A program made the translations under genes and the position numbers. The notes beneath the pieces are model-generated. The model was given only the letters and a program-made list of their open reading frames with translations, did not search any database and was not told the DNA's origin. Positions 36,301 through 44,421 of a DNA stretch of 64,000 bases are shown here, piece by piece (position 1 is the first letter of the stretch; every line of letters begins with the position of its first letter). Source of the DNA: Candidatus Zixiibacteriota bacterium (lineage in GTDB: Bacteria > Zixibacteria > MSB-5A5 > GN15 > FEB-12); contig JBGSIV010000299.1 in assembly GCA_041742355.1 (NCBI GenBank), positions 7,912 through 71,911 on the forward strand. The letters are read 5' to 3'.

Positions 36301-37624
36301 CTTCTATCTCCTCATCGGTGGAGAGAGCGGTGTCGCCGACAGCTGTCCCGTCGGCCAACTCCACGCGAATGAAACTCAGGAGCGCGGCATCCAGCACCGT
36401 GATCTGCACGGTTTCCGAGTCAGCCAGAATTCCGTCGGATGCAACAAATGTGACTTCGATTGAACCTACCTGCGAGGAGTTAGGAACAAACCAGAAAGTG
36501 CCTTGACCGTCGCCGTGGTCAGTGAACGACGCCCCCGGTGGCAGGGGAGCGGCCGACAGCACGGGGACGGCGCCGTCGGCATCGGATGCACTGAGCGTGA
36601 ACTCCAGTGTATCTCCCGCCGCGATCGATTGGGGCCCGATGTCCTCGAGCACGGGGGAGACGTTGGCCGTATAGACCGTGATCGTTACTACTTCGGTGTC
36701 GGCAAGCTCACCATCGCTGGCAGTGAAGAAGATTTCGTAAATCCCTGCGGCGTTCTGTGAAGCCGAGAAAACGAAATCTCCTGTGCCGTCGCCGTTATCC
36801 TTGAAGGAGGCGTCCTTGGGCAGCGGAGCAGCTTTCAGCACGGGGATGGTTCCGTCGCCGTCCGACGCTGAAACCGTGAACGTGACTTCTTCACCTTCGG
36901 CGATAGTTGCGGAACTGAGCGGCGCAAGGTTGGGTGGCTCGTTCAGGTGCCTCAAGCTGGCGCCCAACTCCACCCACTCCTTGTTCTCGGTAAAGGCCCA
37001 ACCTATGCCGACCGACACCGCGCCACTCTTGACGCACCCTTGTCCCCAGTGCTCGTCCCTGACTTCCAGCGACCAGATCCGGGTCGAGCCAATACTTGGG
37101 TCGGGTTCGCCGTTGGAGAGCGACAGAGACGAGGCAAGCACCATGTTGCCCGGGTTGCTGGGTACAACGATACTTCCTGTGTTACTCTTGCCTGATTTGG
37201 TAATGATTGTGTCTACCGGGTGACTCAAGTCAACTCCGGTGAGGGCGACAGCCGACATCGCTGCCTTGACATTGCCGTCGGAAAGCAGCACCAGTTCAGC
37301 CTCACCAACCGGGGGATTCACATACTGCCACAGCTCAATGCGCGGTTTGCCGATCGCATGGATGACTTTGCCGACCAGCGTGAGCGGGAGGCCTCCGTAC
37401 GTGACCGTCTCGGCCGAGTCGTCCTTGTCGGTGTACTGGACGGTCACCAGGAGAAGCATGTCCGGGTCACGGGTCGTATGCATGAGAACCAGCGAATCCG
37501 TGTCGTCACTGATCGAAATGGCAGTGTCGACGACTACCGGAACTGCGCTGACGATGCATGGCATAATCACCGCCCAAAGCAGCGCGATCGCCAGGGTGAA
37601 TGCGGAATTGAGCCTCAATGACAC
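30365..37624 (-). CDS. Giant (2419 aa) secreted surface protein with Ig/cadherin-like repeats, many degenerate beta-rich modules and a T9SS-type C-terminal sorting domain
   Basis: Uninterrupted 7.26-kb ORF. Signal peptide ...VIMPCIVSA. The listed start is GTG 37624, but TTG 37618 has better spacing from GGAG. See the sub-features below. Confidence 0.85.
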   Translation of the reverse strand: MSLRLNSAFTLAIALLWAVIMPCIVSAVPVVVDTAISISDDTDSLVLMHTTRDPDMLLLVTVQYTDKDDSAETVTYGGLPLTLVGKVIHAIGKPRIELWQYVNPPVGEAELVLLSDGNVKAAMSAVALTGVDLSHPVDTIITKSGKSNTGSIVVPSNPGNMVLASSLSLSNGEPDPSIGSTRIWSLEVRDEHWGQGCVKSGAVSVGIGWAFTENKEWVELGASLRHLNEPPNLAPLSSATIAEGEEVTFTVSASDGDGTIPVLKAAPLPKDASFKDNGDGTGDFVFSASQNAAGIYEIFFTASDGELADTEVVTITVYTANVSPVLEDIGPQSIAAGDTLEFTLSASDADGAVPVLSAAPLPPGASFTDHGDGQGTFWFVPNSSQVGSIEVTFVASDGILADSETVQITVLDAALLSFIRVELADGTAVGDTALSTDEEIEVYCRGYSSDSVSLGDVAVLWTIIGEDSIAQSPGAVSASVTLDFRRPGTGRIAASFDLITADTSGILTLVPGLPARIRISPESFTGVLHDTIGFSVTAYDADSNLADAGEIAWSLLGMIGTLDERGELSADVPGMGRIAVATDGSGAVDTTGLIVIQSVLIDQIALGTTSVYPGEQDQTLLAIEVGNYFQEPKTISSLAVRNVSRGNGTAEQVGSNLDSVAIYLDRDLDLELSLWDTLLATPFAGTDNRHISACSLALAPGERAILLVVADIATHPHDGDSLDFSLLPSADLQLLDATPADGPDTVNSHGVCIIDGMVAAQLALTGADQDTLEWADGPVRILTIDIPCNGYLPDTLTMLAVANTGTAGAADLDSLTVYLDEGDGTWDGGSSDHRVAALVNHGAWWSRSALRVPLNTGMTRLFVIATASRFATRGATLELGIPQYGIGVSSGNDGPLDHEVAAEGGLTILSEREMLVSVQPIPGSSIVWGAVSPPLLSLQLVNHSGAPAEIDSLVLTSYAVDPLGATQDELDGQFDSLMVYHDLDGNPMVIGAADTLIAVATVEAGTAVVGTPGLLLPWSNSHIQLTVLAAVSRNLARAGTQVRFGIDQQNHVYCHEPIQVTGTFPAVNPSFATISGFPASAVGVSSVDDLNLTGGRTNSPVFRFRLPGNGYAADTLQSIRLMNLGSLSDGSAVSTLRLWHDVTGNGLTTDDIVCAELTWNGTDWSAGNLRTGVFAGGVEFIVTASITPESFRAGTLFLSVPIGGVTYRSGLNGPDDAAVSADDPVLLLPPDRVTIVTLGDISGAVAPGANNTRILAFALYNGYTVQKELSGLRLHNRSVSGGDDDYRDRLLGLVRLYYGRSSSFSLDENSLAAARSFSDDTLQLDGFTAALPAESLSYLFVTAEIADDAADSDTLIVAAFDAADFSFATPVALNGDLPVQTGRTLVVDGSVASQYEVLAMASRTVRAGDTSQVLVSLRPAHNGDLIDTLQTVALGVSCAPTDLLSVKIWLDRNGDAIWQGTDSLLGPCFYAAGLWTSAYLGLPILESPPYLIITADIAADAASGTVIQTWIPLNGCTYASNNDGPRDSVLASGASLTVYASQLQVSCGQIRSTYSVGETIAVRLNVQNLYGVTVPGLAAEVIPEGTIAAVRLDSCSGTLTLSPGATGELRCYFTSLQTGQVSWRMRAVAPAVSDSSAYIVSSTAIILERAETAVVSLLNSAPASVTQGQRNVFPLTITVSHPDTGASVSPLQLDAVRITVRDASGTGRPANQVFSLMALGVGFSNYAMALPVPADSQVTLTFPSPVIITPGADARLALLVDVDSACEASTFVLSIDGPEAFVVHDANAGSPATVQSAETFPLSTAICRVDLPAGSLAVAGPVQTDRQANQGQTGVVCMDITVRHPGEVGASPIQITSLRAAFVDSDSNPIDASTVLRLLAVRSAGTEYGTVSGAGLSTTPVQIDLGSPLTLGPGEARTLQLIGDVGSSALNSGFRLVIADSSYLSVREIGSGATILAVTDTTVLSTASAFPLAGGWVDINEPALPPSVCVTAMMPGSIVAGSEEVQLVEFSIVYPPCEDCSPAQVDGVKTNLLNTDGVPLDPQKFLDRIGVSVEGEPARYQPYVELVNGAVYFRFGETGLQLSAEDSIRVRLVADIEALAPHDSLVLVVESSDRLVLSDLADPAHDLRVVANPACDLSFPMAIGPAAIIQPAGRPSLSAEDHSVIIVHQGQFGVPLMELNVDYSLLGQQGDVELQGLSGQVFTRTAAGFIPTDLTDLVSSVSVWLDESPVATFPVAADQPLTFALAEPVVLTAGASHQLRLTGDIKSTATPANYSFAFMDSLSLTLQDPLLHTAVLPLVAEGTYPLRGTELSVTAATIAASFTNYPNPFNAADGNGTTITYMLAEPAHVSISLYTITGDLVTDLAVDEYRETGQHQADKWYGENQKGREVLPGTYLCRLTIRYLSGGEESLQRKVAVIR
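30368..30676 (-). other. C-terminal sorting domain (Por_Secre_tail / FlgD-Ig-like) of the giant protein
   Basis: The last 103 aa: FTNYPNPFNAADGNGTTITYMLAEPAHVSISLYTITGDLV...WYGENQKGREVLPGTYLCRL. This is the pattern of T9SS type A C-terminal domains. Confidence 0.65.
36389..36937 (-). repeat. Two tandem Ig/cadherin-like repeats of about 92 aa (protein-level repeat)
   Basis: Residues 230-321 and 322-412 align. For example, EEVTFTVSASDGDGTIPVLKAAPLPKDASFKDNGDGTGDFVF matches DTLEFTLSASDADGAVPVLSAAPLPPGASFTDHGDGQGTFWF, and FTASDGELADTEVVTITV matches FVASDGILADSETVQITV. Confidence 0.8.
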
Positions 37625-38291
37625 TCCAATGCTGTCGGACAGATGTTTAGCATCCCTTTACTTAAGCAGGTCGGTAAATCAGGGTGTACACTTTACCCGG
37701 TCGAGGATTCCCCTGTCCTCTTTTGACGGCGAATGCTGCCCGTGTTGAGCTCGGAGCAGGGCACACATTATATGGGTATACTGGGTATCGCTTCTGGGTC
37801 GGGAAGTGGATATTTCGGATGCACCCGGTGTTGCGCCTCTGAGGGTACACAGCGACAAGGTCTTGAATGTCAGCGCCTTGCTATGGACGGTCAACCTGAG
37901 ATGGGGCTGCTATGAGATTGATCTGAGTCTTTTCGGTACTCCATGGGCACCTTGGGCGCGCAAGGAAAAAGATAGGCACAAGCCAATTGAGATGAGGTGC
38001 CACATGGCCGGATCTGTCGGATTCCTGCACTTATGGTGTTGGATGGCTTGATGTTAACTGGCGCGAAGAGGACTCCGGCCCCAGATAGCGCTAAACTCCT
38101 CCTCGAACTCTGATCCCCATGGCGGTTTGGGCTGCTTCCTTCTACCGAAGGCATATTTGCGACCAGCCAGCGTCAATCCACTTCCACAAGTGCGCCAATC
38201 TGTCCGGCGCTTGGCGGCTTCTCTCAAGGACGCTTGTAGAATGGACCATAGGGATAGATATTATCGCAATTCTTGAAGGACCTGAATTTTC

Positions 38292-39119
38292 ATGGCTATC
38301 GACAGACTCGGCTACGAATACCTCCTCGGCGACAGCGACCGGGAAATCGACCGGCTCCGCTTCCAGCACTCGGTCTGGGGGCCGGTGACCCATCGCTTCT
38401 TTGACCGCCTCGGCGTGCAGCCCGGATGGCGGTGTCTCGATGTCGGCGCAGGGCCGGGGTTTGTCTCGATGGATCTGCGCGACCGGGTCGGCAACTTTGG
38501 CGAGGTGACCGCCCTCGAGCCCTCGGAGACGTTCCGAGCGTGGTTAACCGATGAAGTCAGGCGTCGCGGCTGGATCAACCTGCACATCGTCACCGGCACG
38601 TCCTACGAGGTCGACCTGCCACATGAGTACTATGACTTGATCTTTGTCCGCTGGGTGATCGGTTTCGTCCCCCATCCCGAGCCGTTTCTCAAACCACTGC
38701 TGGCCGCCCTCAAGCCCGGCGGTATCGTTGCGTTGCAGGATTATGTCCATGAGGGATGCTCCCTTTTCCCCGAGGGTGGGGCTTGGGACAGTTTTCCTGA
38801 GATGATGCGCCGGTGGTGGCGCTCCGGAGGGGGCGATCCATTTGTGGCGGCGCGTTTGCCCGGCGTCATGCGCCACCTCGGCCTGACGGTGATCGATTAC
38901 ACCCCGACCTCGCTGACCGGCGGACCGGGCAGCCGCGTGATGGAGTGGATGGAGCGCTTCCTCGTCAGCCAGCTCCCGGTCATGGTGCAGCGCGGTATCG
39001 CCACGCAGGAGGATGCCGATGCGATTCTTGCCGACTGGCAGGAGCACCAGGCGAACGCCGAAACCGTGTTTTTCTCACCCTTCGTGGTGGACATCGCAGG
39101 GCAGAAGCCGCGCGCCTGA
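38292..39119 (+). CDS. Class I SAM-dependent methyltransferase
   Basis: Motif I RCLDVGAGPGFVSMDL, followed by VTALEPS and DLIFVRWVIGF. Confidence 0.8.
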   Translation: MAIDRLGYEYLLGDSDREIDRLRFQHSVWGPVTHRFFDRLGVQPGWRCLDVGAGPGFVSMDLRDRVGNFGEVTALEPSETFRAWLTDEVRRRGWINLHIVTGTSYEVDLPHEYYDLIFVRWVIGFVPHPEPFLKPLLAALKPGGIVALQDYVHEGCSLFPEGGAWDSFPEMMRRWWRSGGGDPFVAARLPGVMRHLGLTVIDYTPTSLTGGPGSRVMEWMERFLVSQLPVMVQRGIATQEDADAILADWQEHQANAETVFFSPFVVDIAGQKPRA

Positions 39120-39349
39120 GGCCGGCAAACGGCCCGGGAACACGCCTTCCCGAGACGGGTCTTCTCCCAGCGAATCATGAGAGCGGGGGGCCTGCCATCG
39201 TCCGCTTTCGTGTTCGCCACCCCAAAAGAATCATTGACTATATTGGGCCATATAGTATCTTATTGCCGTGCGAACGCGAGCTGCCCGGCCACCCGGCAAT
39301 CGCCCTGAGTTGGACCTGTTATCTCAAACAACCTTACGCGGAGTGCAGT

Positions 39350-41674
39350 ATGCGCTACCTCACTATCGTTCTGGCCCTTGTGTGCCTGTTCGTCGTGATG
39401 TCGTCCGTCTCGGCCGGCACCGTCAAGGACTCTATTGCCTACCAGGGTCGGCTAACCGACGCCTCCGACAACCCGGTCCCCGATGGTCTGCGGGATCTTG
39501 TCCTGACTTTCTGGTCCGATTCGGTCGGCGGTACCCTGCTCTACACCGAAGTCCGAGCGGTGAGCGTCAAGAACGGCCTTTACTCCGCCTGCATCGGCTG
39601 CGACAACGATTCGTTTTTCGATATCTTCACCGACTCCTCGATTTACCTTGAAGTGCAGTTGACCGGCGAGCCGCCCATGACCCCGCGCACGCCCATCCGC
39701 TACGCGCCCAAGGCGATGATGAGCGCCCGGGTGCGCGGCGACATCTCCACCTCGCCCGACCACCTCACGATCGGTGATCTTGACGGTGACGGCGCGTTGG
39801 ATCTCGTTTCGTCCGCGGATCAGTCCGAGCTCCGGGTAATCAAGAAGCGACCCGGCCGGACCACCTTTTCCAATATAACCCTGCGCGCCTACCCCGATTC
39901 CGTCAGTGACTCACGCGACTGCGATGACGATGACGACGGCGACCCCGAAAGCGCATACGTACAGCGTCTGACGCCGACTACCGCGAGTCTGGCCATCAAG
40001 ACCAAGGGGACCAGCGCCCAGCGCCTCGGTATGGGGGGCGACTGCGACGACACCGACGCCTCTGTATATGTCGACGGGGACGACGACGGCGACGGCATCC
40101 CGGAGCGTGACGCCGAACTACGGATCACCCCGACCACGGCCAGCCTTGCGATCAATTCGAAGGGGACCAGCGCCAAACGCCTCCGGGCGGGCGGTGACTG
40201 CGATGACACGGACGCTTCCTTCTACCTTGACTATGACGATGACGGTGATGGCGTATCCGAAACCAGCATGACCTCCACTGTCGAGCGCAAGTCCGGGTCG
40301 ATCATTTACCTCGACCGCGAGGGAAACGAGGTGCTGCGCAGCATGATGGGGGTCGATAGCACCCGCTCGATCGTGACGCTCGATCGGGATTCCGACGGCG
40401 ACGGCGTACCGGAAGAGGAAGTAACCGCAAAGATCACCCCGGGCGTCGCCGCCCATGCCATAAACACCAAGGGGACGGGCGCGCAGGGGGGACGCTCGGT
40501 CTTGATCAGCTCCACTACCGACCAGTTTAGCGCTGTCCATTCTTGCGACATCGATGACGATGGCGACGGGCTGTCCGACGCTGATATCTCCTCGACCGTG
40601 ACGCCGACCAGTTCCAGCTTCGCCGTCAATTACAATGGAACGGGGGGCTCAGGCAACCGTTCGGCCGGCACTACCGCAGACGATTCCACCGTTATCGACT
40701 ACCTCGACATGGACGATGACGGTGACGGCATTGCCCAGGCGAAGGCAGTGAGCTCCGTGTCCTCCCTGTCCGGCAGCGGCGGCGGTGCGGCTGCAGCCTC
40801 TTATGCCGCGACCGGACGCTGGTATACCGACAGCGACGATGATGGTGTCCCGGAAGGGGACATCGAATCAATCGCCACCCCGCTGACGTGCAGCGTTGCG
40901 ATCAAGACCAAAGGGACCGGCGCCGATCCCAATCGGACATCCATTACCCAGTCGACCGATACCAGCCATGTCGGGCTGGCGCTGTCCGGAATCAGCACCG
41001 GCGGCGGTTACAAGCTGTTCTCGGTCACCGGCCAGCCGACTCCCGTGGGCGGGCAGGTGAAGTCCCGGATGGAGGTCGGAGACCTGGGCAATCCGGCAGA
41101 TGTTTCCATCGAACATACATGCGATACGTCGGGGGCTGTGATACTCCTCGCGGGGAAGAAGGGCTACGATTACTACCAGTCTTCCAACTCTCTTGGCGCA
41201 CGGATGACTATCCGCACCGATGCCGCCGACACGACCATCGATATTGATGGAGACGGCCGGATTGGCATCGGCAAACCGGCCGATGCCGTCAAGAGAATCG
41301 ATGTTGATGGCGGAGCATACTGCGACGGCTCAAACTGGGTGAATGCATCCGACGCCAACTCCAAGGAGAACTTCGCACCGGTCGACGGCCAGGAACTGCT
41401 GGAGAAGATCGGCGATCTGGAAATCACGAAGTGGAACTACAAAGGTGATCCGGAAACCGAGCACATCGGGCCGACCGCCCAGGACTTCAAGGAAACTTTT
41501 GGTGTCGGGGCCGACGACCGGTCGATTTCGACCATTGACCCTTCCGGGATTGCCCTCGCCGCGATAAAGGAGCTTTCGAAGCAGAATCAGGATCTTCGCA
41601 GTCAGAACGCCGACCTGCAGAAGCAGCTGGACGAGCTCAAGCGCATGGTCGAGCAACTGGCCGCAAAGAAATAG
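39350..41674 (+). CDS. Secreted tail-fibre-like protein with acidic calcium-binding-type repeats and a C-terminal S74 intramolecular-chaperone (endosialidase chaperone) domain
   Basis: The true start is ATG 39350 (MRYLTIVLALVCLFVVMSSVSAG signal peptide), not 38813. The N-terminal module IAYQGRLTDASDNPVPDG is common in tail-fibre-domain proteins. See the sub-features below. Confidence 0.75.
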   Translation: MRYLTIVLALVCLFVVMSSVSAGTVKDSIAYQGRLTDASDNPVPDGLRDLVLTFWSDSVGGTLLYTEVRAVSVKNGLYSACIGCDNDSFFDIFTDSSIYLEVQLTGEPPMTPRTPIRYAPKAMMSARVRGDISTSPDHLTIGDLDGDGALDLVSSADQSELRVIKKRPGRTTFSNITLRAYPDSVSDSRDCDDDDDGDPESAYVQRLTPTTASLAIKTKGTSAQRLGMGGDCDDTDASVYVDGDDDGDGIPERDAELRITPTTASLAINSKGTSAKRLRAGGDCDDTDASFYLDYDDDGDGVSETSMTSTVERKSGSIIYLDREGNEVLRSMMGVDSTRSIVTLDRDSDGDGVPEEEVTAKITPGVAAHAINTKGTGAQGGRSVLISSTTDQFSAVHSCDIDDDGDGLSDADISSTVTPTSSSFAVNYNGTGGSGNRSAGTTADDSTVIDYLDMDDDGDGIAQAKAVSSVSSLSGSGGGAAAASYAATGRWYTDSDDDGVPEGDIESIATPLTCSVAIKTKGTGADPNRTSITQSTDTSHVGLALSGISTGGGYKLFSVTGQPTPVGGQVKSRMEVGDLGNPADVSIEHTCDTSGAVILLAGKKGYDYYQSSNSLGARMTIRTDAADTTIDIDGDGRIGIGKPADAVKRIDVDGGAYCDGSNWVNASDANSKENFAPVDGQELLEKIGDLEITKWNYKGDPETEHIGPTAQDFKETFGVGADDRSISTIDPSGIALAAIKELSKQNQDLRSQNADLQKQLDELKRMVEQLAAKK
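39917..40935 (+). repeat. Degenerate repeat array inside the tail-fibre-like gene
   Basis: Seven acidic loops: DCDDDDDGDP, DGDDDGDGIP, DYDDDGDGVS, DRDSDGDGVP, DIDDDGDGLS, DMDDDGDGIA, DSDDDGVP. These alternate with five copies of a TPxxAxxAI-x-xKGTxA motif: LTPTTASLAIKTKGTSA, ITPTTASLAINSKGTSA, ITPGVAAHAINTKGTGA, VTPTSSSFAVNYNGTGG, ATPLTCSVAIKTKGTGA. Confidence 0.75.
41333..41671 (+). other. Peptidase S74 / chaperone-of-endosialidase domain
   Basis: NASDANSKENFAPVDGQELLEKIGDLEITKWNYK...HIGPTAQDFKETF...AAIKELSKQNQDLRSQNADLQKQLDEL. This shows the S-D-x-x-x-K-x-N autocleavage context followed by a terminal coiled coil. Confidence 0.7.
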
Positions 41675-41687
41675 TCTGACCAAAACG

Positions 41688-41718
41688 AAAACGGGCAGGC
41701 GCGACGCCTGCCCGTTTT
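41688..41718. terminator. Bidirectional rho-independent terminator between convergent genes
   Basis: AAAACGGGCAGGCG-CGA-CGCCTGCCCGTTTT: a GC-rich stem flanked by an A-tract and a T-tract. Confidence 0.78.
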
Positions 41719-41748
41719 GCTGTCTAAGTACATAGCTCGACGGCAGCC

Positions 41749-44421
41749 CTACCGCTCCTTCAATTCCTCCAGCCAATTCTGCACAACCACGAACTCGGCC
41801 GTTCCGCTCCGGCTCTCAGTCGTGATAATCAGGAATTCCAGACCATCCTTGCTGACCTGGTAAGAGGCGTGTGAAGCGCTGGCCTCGAAGTAATACGGCC
41901 GGTTGAACAGGATCTTCGGCTGGCCGAAACTCAGCCCACCTTCCAGATTGACCGGCACCGCCAGAAAATCGCTCTCGTAATTGACGAAGAACAGCTCCTT
42001 GCCGTCGGCCCGCCACTGGGGCATACGTCCCCGGTTGGATGACACCTGCCACTTTCCTCCGGTCGGACTCAGTTCCCGCACGTAAATCTCGGGACGACCT
42101 GATTCGTTGCAGGTGTAGGCGAGGTACCGGCCGTTGGGCGAGAGCGTCGCCCAGCGTTCAAAGAATTGCGAGGTCAGCAGAGGTTCGATCGCGCCACTTT
42201 CAAGATCGACCCGGTGGATATCGGCCCCTCCTGTGGCGCTCATAACGATCATCGTTTTGCCGTCGGTCGATAATGACTGCGTCAGTACTCCCATCGAGTC
42301 GTTCACCGTAATCCGCTGATCATCGCCGATGCCGTTGGCCTGACGCCGGTACAGATCCCAGCCGTTGCTGTTAGTGCCTCCCCTGCGGTTCGACGTGAAG
42401 TAGATGCTGGCTCCGTCCGGGTTCCACACCGGCCAGGCATCGATTCCCGGATCAAATGTGAGCCGCGACGAGACATCCCGCTCCAAGTCGCGCACCCATA
42501 TATCCGCTGTCGTCAGGTTTTCCCCCGTGACGTCATAGGCGAGTCGCTTGCCGTCGGGGGAGAGGGCGATGTTCTCGTACCGCTCGGGGGCACCGATACG
42601 CCGGAGTTCCTTGCCGTCGCGGTCGCACACGACAATCTCCCTCGCCGACTCCGCGGTTCCGCGCAGATACACGAGCTGGCCCCCGTCCGAGACGCTGAAC
42701 AACGCGCGCTCGCTCGCTGAAGTTACGTCGTTGGCCACCGGGATCGGATCCCCGGTGAATTCGAGCTTATCGGCGTCAAACGGATGCGCCACGAGGATCT
42801 TGTCCTTGCGGTAGAGGATGTGCCCGCTTGGATGGTACACGGCCCGCGAATCGGAAATCCCCAGCTTCTTCGTCTCCTCCGACTCGATGTTGCCGACCAT
42901 CAGGAGCGTCTCGTCGCCAGCACTAACTGAATCGGAAAACGAAAGGAAGAGAAAATGCTTTCCATCGGGCATGAATGAGGGCCACGAGTGGCCCGTTTCG
43001 CCGCCCGCCCGATTGATGACTGTGGCAAATGTCACCGGCCCGCCTGCCGCCGGTACCTGGCAGATGGAGTCGGCAAAAGCTCCGTCAAACAGGATGATCC
43101 CGCTGCTTCCCCAGGTACCGTCGGCGCCGCGCTGAGCCTCGCAGATGAACTGCGTCGGCCCGCCGCCCACCGGGATCCGCTTGAGCTGATTCCTATTATC
43201 GAAGAAGGCAAGATACTTGCTGTCGGGCGACCAGAACGGTCGTCGGGATTCTTCCGTTCCCACCAGCGGATACGGATCGAGCGAATTGATCGGCCGCACC
43301 CAGATCATAAATGTGCCCGCGGTGTCGCGCGCCTGAAATGCCAGCGTTTTGCCGTCGGGCGAGATCAGCGGCCAAGTTACCGAGGCGAAACGCGCGTCCT
43401 GTCCGATCGCAAACCGGGCCACCGGTTTTTCGGGCGCCGGCTGCATAAACAGCATCCACGCCATCGCGGCGGTGGCCACCGCCAGAACGCCCGCCGCGGC
43501 CCACAACACCCGCTCGCGCGCCTTGCGACGCACCGACACCTGCAAGGGGACGCCTACCTGCGACCCTCCCTCGTTTATCCACAACAGCGCCCGCTTCAGG
43601 TCGCCGGCCGTGTGCCAGCGGTGTTCCGGGTCCTTCTCGAGGCATTGACGAATGACCCGTTCGAGCATGGGGGGAGACAGCGGCTGGGTGTCAATAATCG
43701 GCCGTGGCTGTTCCTTGATAATCGATGCAATCAGGCTGGCCTGGCTGTTCCCCTCGAATGCCCGCCGTCCGGTGATCATCTCATAGAGAATCGCCCCGAA
43801 GGCAAAGATGTCGCTGCGGGCGTCGGCCTCTTTCCCTTCGAGCTGCTCCGGGGCCATGTACTGCAGTGTCCCGATAATCGCCCCCTCGCCGGTCAGGGGC
43901 GTGGTCCGGGTGATCCCGCTGACACCCTGCACTACGCCCGCCACCTCCTGCAGTTTGGCGAGACCGAAATCGAGCAGCTTGGCCCCTCCCTTGGTCAGCA
44001 TAATATTCCCCGGCTTGAGATCCCGATGGACCAGTCCCTGACGGTGCGCCTTATCCAGCGCCTCCGCAATCTGCATGGCAATCGCCAGCAGTTCTGGCAC
44101 CGGGAGCGGCCCCTTGAGCAGTCGGTTCGCGAGCGACTCCCCTTCGAGGTACTCCATCACGAGGTAGTCGACGCCCTCGTGGTGGCCAATGTCGTGGAGT
44201 GTGCAGATATTGGGGTGGTTCAGGCTCGAGATCGCTTTTGCCTCCCGCTCGAACCGGAGCTTCATGTCCGGATCGCTGGCAACCTGTGCCGGGAGGATCT
44301 TGATTGCGACGGTGCGATCCAGCCGCACATCCTTTGCCTTGTACACCTCGCCCATGCCTCCCGCGCCGGCCGGGGATTCGATACGATAGGGACCTAACTG
44401 CGTTCCACTGGGAAGAGCCAC
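41749..44421 (-). CDS. Transmembrane Ser/Thr protein kinase with extracytoplasmic TolB-like (PD40/WD40) beta-propellers
   Basis: [32 protein letters not shown] and APE, then [25 protein letters not shown]40-type repeats follow ([36 protein letters not shown]). The start is GTG 44421 with AGGAG 7 nt upstream. The 45-aa N-terminal extension in the ORF track has no support. Confidence 0.85.
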   Translation of the reverse strand: MALPSGTQLGPYRIESPAGAGGMGEVYKAKDVRLDRTVAIKILPAQVASDPDMKLRFEREAKAISSLNHPNICTLHDIGHHEGVDYLVMEYLEGESLANRLLKGPLPVPELLAIAMQIAEALDKAHRQGLVHRDLKPGNIMLTKGGAKLLDFGLAKLQEVAGVVQGVSGITRTTPLTGEGAIIGTLQYMAPEQLEGKEADARSDIFAFGAILYEMITGRRAFEGNSQASLIASIIKEQPRPIIDTQPLSPPMLERVIRQCLEKDPEHRWHTAGDLKRALLWINEGGSQVGVPLQVSVRRKARERVLWAAAGVLAVATAAMAWMLFMQPAPEKPVARFAIGQDARFASVTWPLISPDGKTLAFQARDTAGTFMIWVRPINSLDPYPLVGTEESRRPFWSPDSKYLAFFDNRNQLKRIPVGGGPTQFICEAQRGADGTWGSSGIILFDGAFADSICQVPAAGGPVTFATVINRAGGETGHSWPSFMPDGKHFLFLSFSDSVSAGDETLLMVGNIESEETKKLGISDSRAVYHPSGHILYRKDKILVAHPFDADKLEFTGDPIPVANDVTSASERALFSVSDGGQLVYLRGTAESAREIVVCDRDGKELRRIGAPERYENIALSPDGKRLAYDVTGENLTTADIWVRDLERDVSSRLTFDPGIDAWPVWNPDGASIYFTSNRRGGTNSNGWDLYRRQANGIGDDQRITVNDSMGVLTQSLSTDGKTMIVMSATGGADIHRVDLESGAIEPLLTSQFFERWATLSPNGRYLAYTCNESGRPEIYVRELSPTGGKWQVSSNRGRMPQWRADGKELFFVNYESDFLAVPVNLEGGLSFGQPKILFNRPYYFEASASHASYQVSKDGLEFLIITTESRSGTAEFVVVQNWLEELKER

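Noticed and set aside
39350-44421. Prophage or tailocin remnant, suggested by the tail-fibre / S74 chaperone domain
   Set aside because: I saw no capsid, terminase, portal, baseplate, sheath, lysis or integrase genes and no att-like repeats within the window. The flanking genes are a methyltransferase and a TolB-propeller kinase. I treated it as a host surface protein, though sequence outside the window could change this.
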